Shown here: in pieces, positions 41,850-54,167 of the stretch | Layout of the letters: the number at the start of each line of letters is the position of its first letter | Numbering within the stretch: position 1 is the stretch's first letter | Source of the DNA: Macrostomum lignano | Lineage: Eukaryota | Reading direction: 5' to 3' | NCBI GenBank assembly: GCA_002269645.1 | Contig: NIVC01001532.1 | Coordinates: forward strand, 62,001-126,000 | DNA: 64,000 nt | Made by a program: the position numbers and the translations under genes | Notes under the pieces: model-generated | What the model saw: the letters and a program-made list of their open reading frames with translations, nothing else | Told to the model about the DNA's origin: nothing | Databases searched by the model: none

Positions 41850-42480
41850 AAGCCAGCCTCTCAGACATCCAGTTGCTGGGTCACCAGCCTCCCAGATCCT
41901 CAGTTGCTGGGCTACCCTCTCAGATCCTTAGTTGCTGATCCAGCCTCCCAGATCCTCAGTTGCTGGGCTACCCTCTCAGATCCTCAGTTACTGGGCCAGC
42001 CTCTCAGATCCTCAGTTGCTGGGCCACCAGCCTCCCAGATCCTCAGTTGCTGGGCCACCAGCCTCCCAGATCCTCAGTTGCTGGGCTACCAGCCTCCCAG
42101 ATCCTCAGTTGCTGGGCCACTAGCCTCCCAGATCCTCAGTTGCTGGGCTACCAGCCTCCCAGATCCTCAGTTGCTGGGCCACCAGCCTCTCAGATCCTCA
42201 GTTGCTGGACTACCAGCCTCCCAGATCCTCAGTTGCTGGGCTACCAGCCTCCCAGATCCTCAGTTGCTGGACTACCAGCCTCCCAGATCCTCAGTTGCTG
42301 GGCCACCAGCCTCTCAGACCCTCAGTTGCTGGGCCAGCCTCCTAGATCCTCAGTTGCTGGGCCAGCCTCCCACAGTGTCAGTTGCTGGGCCACCAGCCTC
42401 CCAGAGTGTCATTTGCAGGGCCGGCCTCCCACATACTCAGTTGCTGGGCCACCAGCCTCCCAGATCCTCAGTTGCTGGGC
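41850..42480. repeat. 29-33-bp minisatellite (CAGATCCTCAGTTGCTGGGC[TA/CA]CCAGCCTCC), same family as 36135-37085
   Basis: Shared core CAGTTGCTGGGC..CAGCCTC. Confidence 0.93.
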
Positions 42481-43243
42481 TTTATCCCTTCCAGCTTACC
42501 TTCCAGTCTTACTTTACCCACACATGAATATTTGGATTTGTAATTAAAAGAGCAAATCAATTTCACTGTTTAATATTCAAATTTTATAAAACGCGATTTG
42601 ATGAAGCTGAGGTCGAAGATCATTAACATCCATATTTATTCGATAAAGATTCGAAATGCAACGTCGGTGATCTACCAAATAATGGGATAGCATTCGAGCA
42701 AGGACTTGCAAATACTGATTGAGCTGTACATGTAACTCACAAGACGCGGCCAGTTATTAAGTGGAATAAAAGCAGAAATGTTGCAGAGAACAAAAATGTG
42801 CATTAGCAATTGCATTCAAGATTTCTCAGTCACTTGGCGCTAATATAAAGAGGAAATTTCTGTACAAAATAAACAATTTTGTGGAGTGAGTATGAGTTCA
42901 ATGTGCACCTGCAAAGTGAATAAATGTATATATAAGCTGTACATCATTATTTCGATACAAATAGAATAAGCGATCTACTAATCCTGGCAAAAAATGTCCG
43001 AATGAGATTACTAATATACAAATACAAAGTTACAATGAATAGCAGAGGTACACAAAGGTATTTTTATAGATGCTACTACTAAAAGAAGCTGAAAATGCGG
43101 CTAGCATAAACTTATCAAGCAGTGCTTATACAAATTTGTTCGTTGAAGATTCGCGCGCGACAGCAAAAAGAGTGCAAAATTGCAGATAAACTACTTATAG
43201 TAAGTAGGCTAGTAGCGCATTTTTACTACGAATTTATGTATAT

Positions 43244-45199
43244 CTACAAATGCGTAGCATTGGTTGCAACGCTGGAGTCCGTAGGTAGTTGAACTACACT
43301 GACAGCCTTGAGCAGCACTGGTTTGCCAGTCGGGCCGACTCCTGAAGGGTGACTTCGACCAACAGATGCCAACTGGTGCGGCTGTTGCTGCTGCTGCTGC
43401 TGCAAACTTTTCAACTTCTGTTGCATATCGTAGACGCTGTACACCGCGTACTTTCCTCGACTGCGCCGTCTGGCGTAGAAGAAGGCCACTCCGGTGACGA
43501 CGCCCAGCAGGAGAGCAATGCCTAGAACGACGCAGGAGAAGAGCAAAGGCAGCTCTGGTGGGTACGGCAGATGTCCGTAGCCGTAGCCGTAGCCGTTGGC
43601 GCTGTCCTTCTCATCGTAGCAGAAGACGGTGCCGAGTCGCGATCGTCGGTGAATCGGCGACGACGACTGGAGAGACGTCTCGAAGCTGCACACCAGCTCG
43701 CTGGCGTCGGCTCGAAGGCAGCAGTCGCTCGACTGGGCGTCCAGGCGAAGTGCCGTGCCGCGCTGGAACAACAGCCCAACCAGATCGTCGATGGTCGGCC
43801 GTTGGCCTCTCCGACGAAGTCGCTCCATTGACGCGGCAGCGGCGTCGCCCTCGATGCGAATGGAGGCTGAGTGCAGGTGCTGCAGCCGTCTGATGGTCAC
43901 AGAGGCCAACAAGTTTTCCGGCAGTTCGGACAGGTTCAAGTGCACTAGCCGAGGATTGCCGCTAATGTCCAGGTGAACCGATCGGTTATTGCCGTCGCTG
44001 TTTCTTAGAAACCTGTCAACCAGTTCGGCTGCTGCCGCCAAATTTGGCAACCAATTGTCGGCCAGAGACAGACGAAATCGACGACTGCTCAAATCCAAAG
44101 CGGCCGATGGGTCAAACAGGCGAAAGCGAGTCAGCAGTGTTGACAGCTCGGCGTCACCGCCCCACAGTCCGGACAAGTCGAGAAGCTCGGACACGTAGAT
44201 TTGCGACAAAGTCTCGGACTCTGACGCTTTGAGCAGGTTGGAATTTTCGGCCAAATCTAAGCCAGAGAATCTCTGTCCAGCCAGCCTGTCCAACGCTTTC
44301 GGGCTGAGCTGATTGCGCCTCAACAGCAGGGTGGGCGATCCCGTGACCACAGCTCGGCAGACGCTTCCAGGCCGGAAGAAGACGTTCGGCAGGTCTACCA
44401 GTCGGTTTCCGCTCAGATCCGTTCGTCTAGCATTGAAGGTTACATTGGCCAGAGTGCGCAGGCGGTTGTCGCTGAAATCGATTGTGTCGCTGACGGCCAG
44501 CTGCGAGCTGCTGCCGGCCACGCCAACAAGATCGACGCCGTCTCTGGACACCAGGCCAGTCACGTAGATGCTGTTGAATCGTTTACTAGCGCAACTGTTC
44601 GCCCGGTGACTGGTGATACTGGCTGGTAGTTGATTTTCGTTCACCAGTTTCCAGCCAGTTATAGAGAATGTCTCCACTCGGAGGCTGTACATGTAGTCGG
44701 TGGCCTCGGTCAGGTCAAGCGGCTCAGAGACTGCGGTACCGTTGGCTGTGAGCATTCGGATGCTAATGAGCAGCTCGTCGGATGATGCAGTTTGAGCAGG
44801 TTGGAACAATCGACCAGGCAGTGGCGCCAACTGCGTGCCACCAATGTCCAACTCGCCGATGTACAGTCCGTCCATGCGCTTGCCGGAAGCAACATCAACG
44901 CTGAAGCTGGTCAATTGTGGATTTCCGGACAAGTTCAGTAGAGCAATGTTTACCTGACGCCAGTCGAAGTTCGGACTTCGCGTAGTTGTAGCAGCGCCGT
45001 CAGTGAGATCTTCGGAGTGAAAGATCAGAAGCAGGCGTCCCACTAGGCCTTGGTTGGATAGATCAATGTTGGTGACATTGTGCGGATAGACTGGTATGGA
45101 AGCTCCAGCGCCGGTTAGACCGCTGTCGATGGAGACTGACAGGACAGGTAGAAGCCGCAATAGAAACAACAGCAGTGGGGAGAACGCTTTGACCGTCAT
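43244..45199 (-). CDS. Intronless leucine-rich-repeat type I transmembrane protein (651 aa)
   Basis: Signal peptide (LLLFLLRLLPVLS), multiple LxxLDLSxN repeats (IDLSNQGL, LNLSGNPQL, IDFSDNRL, TDLSGNRL, LDLAENSNL, LDISGNPRL), a juxtamembrane Cys cluster, TM segment LLFSCVVLGIALLLGVVTGVAFFY, basic stop-transfer residues and a short tail. Confidence 0.85.
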   Translation of the reverse strand: MTVKAFSPLLLFLLRLLPVLSVSIDSGLTGAGASIPVYPHNVTNIDLSNQGLVGRLLLIFHSEDLTDGAATTTRSPNFDWRQVNIALLNLSGNPQLTSFSVDVASGKRMDGLYIGELDIGGTQLAPLPGRLFQPAQTASSDELLISIRMLTANGTAVSEPLDLTEATDYMYSLRVETFSITGWKLVNENQLPASITSHRANSCASKRFNSIYVTGLVSRDGVDLVGVAGSSSQLAVSDTIDFSDNRLRTLANVTFNARRTDLSGNRLVDLPNVFFRPGSVCRAVVTGSPTLLLRRNQLSPKALDRLAGQRFSGLDLAENSNLLKASESETLSQIYVSELLDLSGLWGGDAELSTLLTRFRLFDPSAALDLSSRRFRLSLADNWLPNLAAAAELVDRFLRNSDGNNRSVHLDISGNPRLVHLNLSELPENLLASVTIRRLQHLHSASIRIEGDAAAASMERLRRRGQRPTIDDLVGLLFQRGTALRLDAQSSDCCLRADASELVCSFETSLQSSSPIHRRSRLGTVFCYDEKDSANGYGYGYGHLPYPPELPLLFSCVVLGIALLLGVVTGVAFFYARRRSRGKYAVYSVYDMQQKLKSLQQQQQQQPHQLASVGRSHPSGVGPTGKPVLLKAVSVVQLPTDSSVATNATHL

Positions 45200-45289
45200 G
45201 ATTCGATGATGTTTCTGTTAAATAAAAATAAGACAAAAATCCAGGGTTCAATATACTAGCAATAGTCTTAGTGAAAGAAGAGATTCTGC

Positions 45290-45540
45290 AGGAAGTGGAG
45301 TCATCCGCATGGCGGGTTTATATAGTGGCCACGTCATTCCCTACTCGGGCAATCAACTTTCCCCGAGGCAGGTCTGCCGCGGCGGTCCCGATTGGAGGGG
45401 CCTAAATTTGGGATTCCTGAATCATCGCCTAATCTTGGCAGCCGTTCGGGAGGAGCTGCGATGGGGCTACGGCAACTCTCTCCCTGTCTGTTCTTTGGTT
45501 TCTCTTCCTTTAGTACGCGTGCCCCCCGTGAGTCATACTC
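45290..45540 (-). promoter_or_regulatory. Candidate TATA promoter of the LRR gene
   Basis: CTATATAAA on the minus strand at 45325-45317, TGACGTGG just upstream, an AP-1-like TGAGTCA at ~45529, GC-rich context. Confidence 0.45.
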
Positions 45541-48500
45541 TCCACAATCTCCCCGCCTCCCCCCCCCCTATCCACGGGCGAGCGGAATTAGAAAGGGAAT
45601 TCTTCGGGATTCCCCTTTCGTCTAGATCCCTCCCCATATTTACTGGATTTGGGTTGGGATCGGGTTGGAGTTAGAGGAAGTGACCTTGAGAAGCGGGATA
45701 AAAATAGTTCCTGCAAGCTATATGTTGTGTAGAGAGATGAAGAAGGAAAGCCAGACTTCTCCCCCCCTAGGGTGTACTTTCTCTAGACAATTTGCCAACC
45801 TTTATAGCCAGTTTCTATGCCTCATCCTCCCATTCCTATACCACATCTATTCGCATTGCGCTTATGCAAGTTTATAATCTGGAAGTTTTCAGAAATTCGC
45901 CCCATAAATCAATGTCTGCAACGACTGGAGAGGCATTTGAAGCCGTTGCGCGAATTCCAACAACAAACCGACAACAGTTGAAGAAAGAAAAGAGATGGGA
46001 ACTTCGAAAATTAGTTTTCACTTCAATTTTGGTTATAGATACTAAGTCTCTAAGTCTAACGCCCACGCAAAAAAGGATCCGGATTTGGGAAGTTTTTTGT
46101 ATACCGTTTCTTATATGGATCTCCCTTCGTGACTTTAAGCAAGTACTTTTCCCCGAGAAATGAGTCAACCCCTCGACTAATATATGGCACACTACACTAG
46201 TACACTGTATTCAACTTCCTATATATTCTCTTATACATTTACTTTTACCAATCCTACCATAGCAACCAGTTTGCCTGCTACGAAAGTAAAATATGAAACA
46301 TAATTGTAACTAAAATTAATACAATTCTGCGCAGTTATAGTAACATGTACTGGAACTAATTCAATTAGGCCTAGTGGTGAAGGGGACGCTATAAACTTGA
46401 ACTATAGACATAGTCCATAATTATATGTCAAATAGTGTTACATGTTGTGCATTAAAAAAATCGACGCAAATTATTTGCCAAAAAATAAGTACTGACCTAT
46501 AAAATCTGTCATGAAAATTGCTTGGGCCGTAACCAGAAAAATAATATATTACGCTTATATTGATATTTCTAATCAAATCATTTTGTCTTCTTGACTTTGA
46601 TATATTTTGATGCGCATTTGAACACAATTATTGCTCGCTAATTGCTGCCTCGCAAGATATTGCCTTTAGCTTGAGCGAGACGAGGCCCATGCAAAAAACA
46701 CAAGTCAGTCACTGCGATGGTTTTATAAAAAGCTTTTTGGTATGGTGTGTCAATCGATAGACTAATTTACTGATAAGGAATAGAACAAAGGATGTACATT
46801 CCCCCAGCGGTTCAATATGGGGTGGGGTTCGGACGGGGGCCGGGGTAGAGGGGGAACAAATGTACAGTCTCCCGACGCGTTTATCGATTAACTGAACCGA
46901 CTGGGGTTCTAAGAAAGTTAAAGCCACACTGTGCATGTGTTCACATGTACGTTGTAAAGAACCGCTGATAGAAAGTACTCATACGAAAAGCTATAGTATA
47001 GTTTAACAACCAAATATTTTTTCGGGCTGACCATGAAAGCTGTGTGGACATGTCAGGTGATTTGACATTTGAAGACTAATTTATTGTGGCGGTGTGGGCA
47101 TGCATTGAAGGGATTACTGACTCTCGAGTCTATACGATGTGATATGAATAGCATCATCAACGTAAACACAGCAAGGGGGTATGGCCGAAATTCTTACCAA
47201 AAAAAAACGAATGGACGGGTGTCAGATCAACAGATCTCCTGCTTCTCAGCTGAAAGCGAACAGACGGCGAATACAACAATCTCCGAGCAATTAAGCTTGC
47301 TTTTTATGATTATTACAAGAGCATATAAGTTGTTCTTCTGTCCTTCTTTTGTACGCAGGAATCGAGACGGCTTACTGCGACTTGTATTTATACTATATAG
47401 AGCAGCGAATGTGCCTCAACTTTAAACTTCTAACTCGAGATACACATTTTTTAACGTTTCTTCTTGCTCCAACGGCTTTCTATGGCTCTTTTTACGTTGC
47501 GAATTGCCGATTGGTTGACTGTCGCTGAGGGCGCCAAACTTGGTTGGTGCTCCCCCCCCTAAATAAAAATTGTGCGCACAATGCCGCAGTGATCTATTCT
47601 TGGCTACAGAGGGGTGTAGGGGTTGTTGCTTTTTGCTTTTAATGCTTTCCAAGAAGGTAAAAGCTAGAGAGATATGGACATTTTTGGGCATGATGCTAAA
47701 AATAGCTAGGTTATAATTGCATGGATTTTACGAAAACAACGCGCGTTTTTACGGTTGAAAATTATGAATTTATGAATTAACTGCATCACGAGTCAATAAG
47801 CACCAATATTGGTCATGTTAATGGCTAGCTTGCCGGGTGGTCCTACGGCCGACTTATAATATTAACAGTTGCATATACAACTCTTGTTGACATGACATCT
47901 GATTCGATGCTTGTTATCACAACAGCTGGTTAATCTTGCCGCTATGACAAGAAATAAAGTTGAATATAGCTTTGTCAGTTTGTGTACAGCCCCAGGGTAA
48001 AGAGGTCGAATTCGTTCAGACTTAAATAACTACTAGTTTTAAATGCTTTTCACAGGTCTGAACAATTGTCAAACACAACTTCAAACGCATGCAGCCGTGC
48101 AGAAAAAATGCTTGAAAAATGAACAATAGTTAGATATACAGCTCCGGCGAGAGAAAGGCGACGTTTAAATAGAGAAAAATGTGCGAGATTGAATTCTTGC
48201 AGTTACAACTGACTGGGCTGCGTGTGTGGCTGCATGCTTATTAGATAGCTTTATGAGCTTTGAGAACGAATTTGTTTCCTGAGGCTAACCTCGTGAATTT
48301 TTTCTCTATCTGTACCCCCCCCTCCCCCCAACAATTGTTCCCCGGACTGGCATTCCAGGAATTCCAAGCTCGATTCGCAGATAACTATAGCTAGACTTGA
48401 GTTGACGCTCTCACAAACGCATTGCATTTAGCCGTGATGCTGCAGGAGAGAGAGAGGAGAGCAGAGAGAGAGAGGAGAGCAGAGAGAGAGAGGAGAGGAG

Positions 48501-48977
48501 AGTCTCCAGACAGACACGCGTACTGCATGAAAGCAATGCGCACTCAGACTCAAGTTTGAATTACTTTTCCTGAGCAATGCGGCTACCCTTGCAAGTGCAG
48601 TACTATAGCTAAAAACATGAGAGTCTAGCTCTCTTCACTATGCAGTTCGCACCAATCCAACAGTTATATCTACCTACCGCATGAAATAACAAACACTGCA
48701 GGAATTCCATTCCTATGTGTTTTTTTCTAACAAGTTTCCGAATTCTTTATATTGTTTTCATTCGTTCGACTGTAAAATATACTTAGTTTTCCTGTCTTTT
48801 AAACGTTTTTAATGATGTTGTTAAAAACGGACTCAGAATAGCTGGTAATGGTGTTTCCGAATGAAAGACAAGTTTTTGTTGCTTTAACATTTTCCTGCTC
48901 CGCCAGCAAACTTCATACGTAGAATCGGAAAAGACGTTTTTACCGAAAGTTAGTGTGAATTGAGGACCTGATGATTT

Positions 48978-49407
48978 AGTCTAATCTAATCTAATCTAAT
49001 CTAATTCAGTCTAATCTAATCTAATCTAATCTAATCTAATCTGATTTAGTCTAATCTAATCTAATCTGATCTCATCTAATCTAATCTAATCTAAAATAAT
49101 CTAACCTAATCTAATCTGATCTCATCTTATTTAATCTAATCTAATATAATCTAATCTAATCTAATCTAATCTGATCTAATCTAATCTAATCTAATCTAAT
49201 CTAATCTAATCTAATCTAATCTAATCTAATCTAATCTAATGTAATCTGATCTAATCTAATCTAATCTAATCTAATCTAATCTAATCTAATCTAATCTAAT
49301 CTAATCTAATCTAATATAATATAATATAATCTAATCTAATCTAATCTAATCTAATCTAATCTAATCTAATCTAATCTAATCTAATCTAATATAATCTAAT
49401 CTAATCT
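48978..49407. repeat. (TCTAA)n pentanucleotide microsatellite
   Basis: Direct run. Confidence 0.98.
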
Positions 49408-50300
49408 TTAGTTGAATCTTATGTAGTACTATCCTAATTTACTCTTGAATAATTTAATGTCATCTAACAAGCGTAAAATGCCAGAGAATGAATAAAATTG
49501 CGTCACAAATATTTAATCATTTTTAGAGGTCTACCCAGTCGCGGTGTTGTTGCAAAAATTTACATGTAGATGATTCCGTCGAATATCTCACACTTAGATT
49601 TTAACACAAATATGGGCAACGGTACCTTTTTTGTAACCTAACTATAACGAAACTTCAATAGCTATGGGTTGATTTCAGTTTAAGTCGCGAGAAAAAAAGT
49701 GCTACTAAACCTCTCAAACTTTTTCTCGATGCCAACAAAATGAAACCAACTACCTATAGCTACACCTATGGTCTCAAGCCTATAAATCGCTTCGCAATTA
49801 ATGCATTCTTTCGTATAACTACACACTAGCCAGGCTATTGATATTAGCAATTATAATAACAGTTTGCAACAGCTAGGCCCCGCCGTTAACTGTCGAATAA
49901 ATTAATATTGCTTGTTATTGAAACATAAAGTATAATTTGTTAATCTTAACTGCCTTGGATGCAATTAGTTAGCATCAAACGCCGCGTGCTGCGTGGGCGT
50001 GATTATTAAACTACAGTTCTCTCGTTTCCATGACAACGTATTGGCGTTGTGTAGTTCAACAAAAATGCGCTGGTAAAGTTCAAGGTGCGAACAGCACGGT
50101 TTGCACGACTAATTTTGAAATTATAGGCAAGCACGTTATGTTTTTACTGATGTTCATCAATTCACCTGTTTATCAATTAGCTAATCAAGAAAAGTTCAGG
50201 AAAAATTCAGTTGTTATTGTTGCATTTTGCCTGTTAATGATTGCTTGCTAGAATAGACAACTATCTTAGACAAAACAGAACAAATAGGAATCATGGATGA

Positions 50301-50612
50301 GGGTTGTAGCCTAGCGGTTAGAGCGTCGGACTCCCGACTTGAAGGTCGCGGGTTCGATTCTCGACAAACTCGGAACAATTTGTGTCCTTGAACAAGGCAC
50401 TAAACTCTGCTTTGCTTCAGTTCACCCAGCTGTAAATGGATACCTGTGTTAGCTGGGGTAATTGAGGGTGTGTGTGACGACCCCCAGTCCTTGGACTGAA
50501 CAGCCGTACGCAGCCTTCAGATGCACCGCGCAATAGCTGCGGCTGAGCTGTCGGTTGCACATCTGCCCACTAGGGCAGTTGTTATCAATTATTATTAATA
50601 TTATTATTCATT
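50301..50612 (+). mobile_element. Full-length tRNA-derived CORE-type SINE
   Basis: A box TAGCCTAGCGG, B box GGTTCGATTC, CORE-like domain TGTGTCCTTGAACAAGGCACTAAAC...CTTCAGTTCACCCAGCTGTAAATGG, an (ATT)n tail, and TSD ATGGATGA (50293-50300, 50613-50620). Confidence 0.85.
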
Positions 50613-51770
50613 ATGGATGAAGGAATATGTTGTATCATGGATTGCTCATCAGAGAAATGTCTGCGGCACTGACCCCACCACAATCTTGGGATGTCCCCCC
50701 CGCTACAATTACTGAGTGAGTCTGTAAATACCCCACCCTACATCACCACCCACCCCACCCCACTTACCCCACATCAACTTTATTGGTTTTAGCTTCAACG
50801 CGAGTATATAAATGTTTTGTCATAAAAAGCAAATGTATACCGCCAAACTGGAGCTACAGCTCGATTGTCTATGGTAAATAGGGATATCGAATCATACAAA
50901 TCAATTAGACTGCTTTTAGTTCTGTTTATATTTATTCGGACAACTTGGTGCTAAGAATCTGAAAACTTCCCAATCTCACTTATGGGTCTTGGAAGAAACA
51001 AGCATAGAGATTTATTAGCAAAAATGGGTGTGTGGGCGTGAAAAAAGCGCTACAGTAGCTGGTTATATGAAAAACATCTGTTCAGCTACAGGCGCAGGGA
51101 GCTACAGGGACCGTTGCACCTGGGTCGCAACTATAGCGAGACCACTATACTTAATGCACTTGCGACGTGTAATTATGAAGCTTCCCACAGAGAGAGTAAA
51201 CTTTGCTTCTAAACACTGTTGCAGGGGCACAGCTGCTTGAGTCTGTGGTTGCCTTCGTTTTCTTGTCTTTTTAATATAAATGCAATAAATGTGTTTACGG
51301 GTGCGCCCAGAATCTACGAGTCCATTCACACGCTGCAGTGATGGGTTTACAAAGTTTTCTTTTGCAAGCTTAATGTCTTAATGGGCTAATTTGAGTTTGA
51401 GAACTGCCTTAGAAGAAATTGATTAATGATAGAATTGTAGTTAGGTATTTAGGTAAGGTTGAGTATCACAACTGAATGGTGTACAGGTATATTCAACTGT
51501 AGCTTAAAATAAATTCTTTAACATACTACTCTGCTTGATAAGTAGTTTAATTCGAAAATGAAAAACTTTTTATTATTAAATTTGTTGAACCTTGCCGTAG
51601 GATTCCATGAAATCCGCGAGATTAATATATTTCTTGACTTTCATACGTTGACTGTATACGTTGTAAAAGCCGAGAATCTGGGACAATGTAAATGAAGTAT
51701 ATTTAGCATTATTGATCAACAGTATTCAATTCATAAATTGTCAGCGATAGAATAAAAACGACTCAACCCC

Positions 51771-51873
51771 AGAGGGGCAGATGTTAAAATGTACAGAGCC
51801 ATATCACGTACAAAGACCACGTGACCGAATAAAGGAATAAAAGACTGGATCATCGGTTCGATAGCATCTTACA
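51771..51873 (+). mobile_element. Possible short LTR (92 bp, 51782-51873) with a preceding polypurine tract
   Basis: AGAGGGGCAGA followed by TGTTA...AATAAA...AATAAA...TTACA. Confidence 0.35.
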
Positions 51874-52430
51874 CCGTCCGTGCTTCATAGCCTGGTGCGT
51901 CAGTCAGCATCACTCGGTCGCCGATCTTGAACTTGATCCTGTCAGCTCCTCGGTTGTGGAACTCGTGCTGTGACCTCTGAGCGGCGTGCAGGTGCGCTAG
52001 CACCACCTGGAAGCCCCGCCAAATTCTCGCCAGCAGATCCGCGCATAGCTGTTGTAGGCCTACAAGACATAGGGCAGCAGGGCGTCCCCAGCCGGTCTGA
52101 TTCTCCGAGCAGAGGGCCGAAAGCATGTTGCCAAGCGTCGTCTTGAATCTCTCAACGTTATCGTTGCCGCTCGTCGCTCGAGGGAAAAAGTGAGGTCTGC
52201 GACTACACGACCTAGGGAACACCATGCCGCAGCACGACGCTGGTCACTAGGGCTCCGGCTACTGTCTTGGCGTCGATTTGGCTGAGTGTCGCAGTCTCCA
52301 CCCACTTTGAAAACATATCGATGAAGCAGAGAATGTACATGTAGCTCTTGCCTGACTCGGTGACTGGCAGAGGACCCTTGATGTCGGGCTGCACAACAGC
52401 TCAGGGCCTCGACAGCAGCGGATGCCGCAC
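51869..52430 (-). pseudogene. Ty3/Gypsy integrase remnant (frameshifts, a stop, an internal deletion)
   Basis: GPLPVTESGKSYMYILCFIDMFSKWVET..DAKTVAGALVTSVVLRHGVP (rve core), NVERFKTTLGNML, ALLPYVL*AYNS, FKIGDRVML. Confidence 0.88.
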
Positions 52431-52734
52431 CAAAAATGCATAGATTCAATGATTCTGACCAATATATGCCAGTTAGCATAATTTAATCCCAGTGAAAAAA
52501 CCCACTGACGTATATGAAGTTAACTAGCCGGATGCTTGCTAGGCGGATGTTTGTCTGACTACGAGCGTACGTAATTTTTTAACCGGCAGCAATTCAGTGA
52601 GCAAATAGGAGCATCAGAGTTTTTTAACCAGTCGCTTCCCCTAATAAAATAGCCCAGGAATGGAAAACTCCGACCATCGGGTCGTTTGAAACTTCACAAT
52701 AGCAATCCTGCTCCCTCAGGATTTTATCTCTTCT

Positions 52735-53500
52735 CAGCTCCCTCCTCTCCTCTCCTCTCCTCTCCTCTCCTCTCCTCTCCTCTCCTCTCCTCTCCTCTTC
52801 TCTCTATTCTCTCCTCTCCTCTCCTCTCCTCTCCTCTCCTCTCCTCTCCTCTCCTCTCCTCTCCTCTCCTCTCCTCTCCTCTCCTCTCCTCTCCTCTCCT
52901 CTCCTCTCCTCTCCTCTCCTCTCCTCTTCTCTCTATTCTCTCCTCTCCTCTCCTCTCCTCTCCTCTCCTCTCCTCTCCTCTCCTCTCCTCTCCTCTCCTC
53001 TCCTCTCCTCTCCTCTCCTCTCCTCTCCTCTCCTCTCCTCTCCTCTCCTCTCCTCTCCTCTTCTCTCTATTCTCTCCTCTCCTCTCCTCTCCTCTCCTCT
53101 CCTCTCCTCTCCTCTCCTCTTCTCTCTTCTCTTCTCTCCTCTTGACTACGTATCTCTTCTCAGCTCCCTCCTCTCCTCTCCTCTCCTCTCCTCTCCTCTC
53201 TCTCTCTCTCTCCTTCTCTCCTCTCCTCTCCTCTCCTCTCCTCTCCTCTCCTCTCCTCTCCTCTCCTCTCTCTCTCTTCTCAGCTCCCTCCTCTCCTCTC
53301 CTCTCCTCTCCTCTCCTCTCCTCTCCTCTCCTCTCCTCCCTCTCCTCTCCTCTCCTCTCCTCTTCTCTCTCTCTCTCCTCTCCTCTCCTCTCCTCTCCTC
53401 TCCTCTCCTCTCCTCTCTCTCTCTCTCTCTCCTCTCCTCTCCTCTCCTCTCCTCTCCTCTCCTCTCCTCTCCTCTCCTCTCTCTCTCCTCTCCTCTCCTA
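52735..53500. repeat. (CCTCT)n polypyrimidine microsatellite
   Basis: Direct run with recurring internal variants. Confidence 0.98.
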
Positions 53501-53855
53501 GGTTCAATTTATCTATGAAGGACGGGGAATTCAATGAGAGCCGACGTCCGAAAAGCAACTCTGGTCTGAAGGTGTGATTGGTAGTGATGTCCACGACAAC
53601 TGGTGAGTTCTGTGATTTGGGGGGTCAATTTGGAGTTGTGCGGGGTGATTGTCTACTTTGATTGAGTTTATCTGTTACTCGTACGACCTATTGACTCACT
53701 TTTAAAGGTCCAGTCAAAAAACTGGTTGACAACTGCTCACTTTTCTAAAACATTATAATCTGTTACTTGTACATTTGTTTCTTTGGGTATTGTTTTTGCA
53801 ATACTAAATGATAATTTGGACATTCAAAATAAGACTGGCAAACTGGTATTGGCCA

Positions 53856-54113
53856 TAGAGTCTGTGGACAATCTAATCGAGGAAAAGCCATTCTAAATGA
53901 GAAATGAGTAGTATGAGTAGATGGAGATAAGTAGATGAGTTGATGGAGTGCCCAGCGTTGATGGCATCGATCAGGCGACGGTGATTTGCTTAAATTGTTT
54001 GAGGCGGCATTATGCTGCTGCTGTGTGTACGCTTTGCTGCTGCTAGTGCGCGCGATGAGAGAAATTCTCATTTAGAATGGCTTTCTATCGATTAGATGAT
54101 CCACAGACTCTGT
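53856..54113. mobile_element. MITE-like inverted repeat (~50-bp arms)
   Basis: AGAGTCTGTGGA..ATCTAATCGA..AAAGCCATTCTAAATGAGAA is mirrored at 54062-54113; no clear TSD. Confidence 0.6.
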
Positions 54114-54167
54114 CCACGGAGCGAGCTGCAGCAGCCACAGAGCGGCCATTGGTCGACTAAAAAAATT

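Noticed and set aside
50301-50372. Possible tRNA gene (also 23394-23470)
   Set aside because: Acceptor and anticodon stems pair poorly and the sequence continues into a SINE body, so these were called SINE heads
52686-53501. 271-aa (SSPLL)n ORF
   Set aside because: Translation of (CCTCT)n
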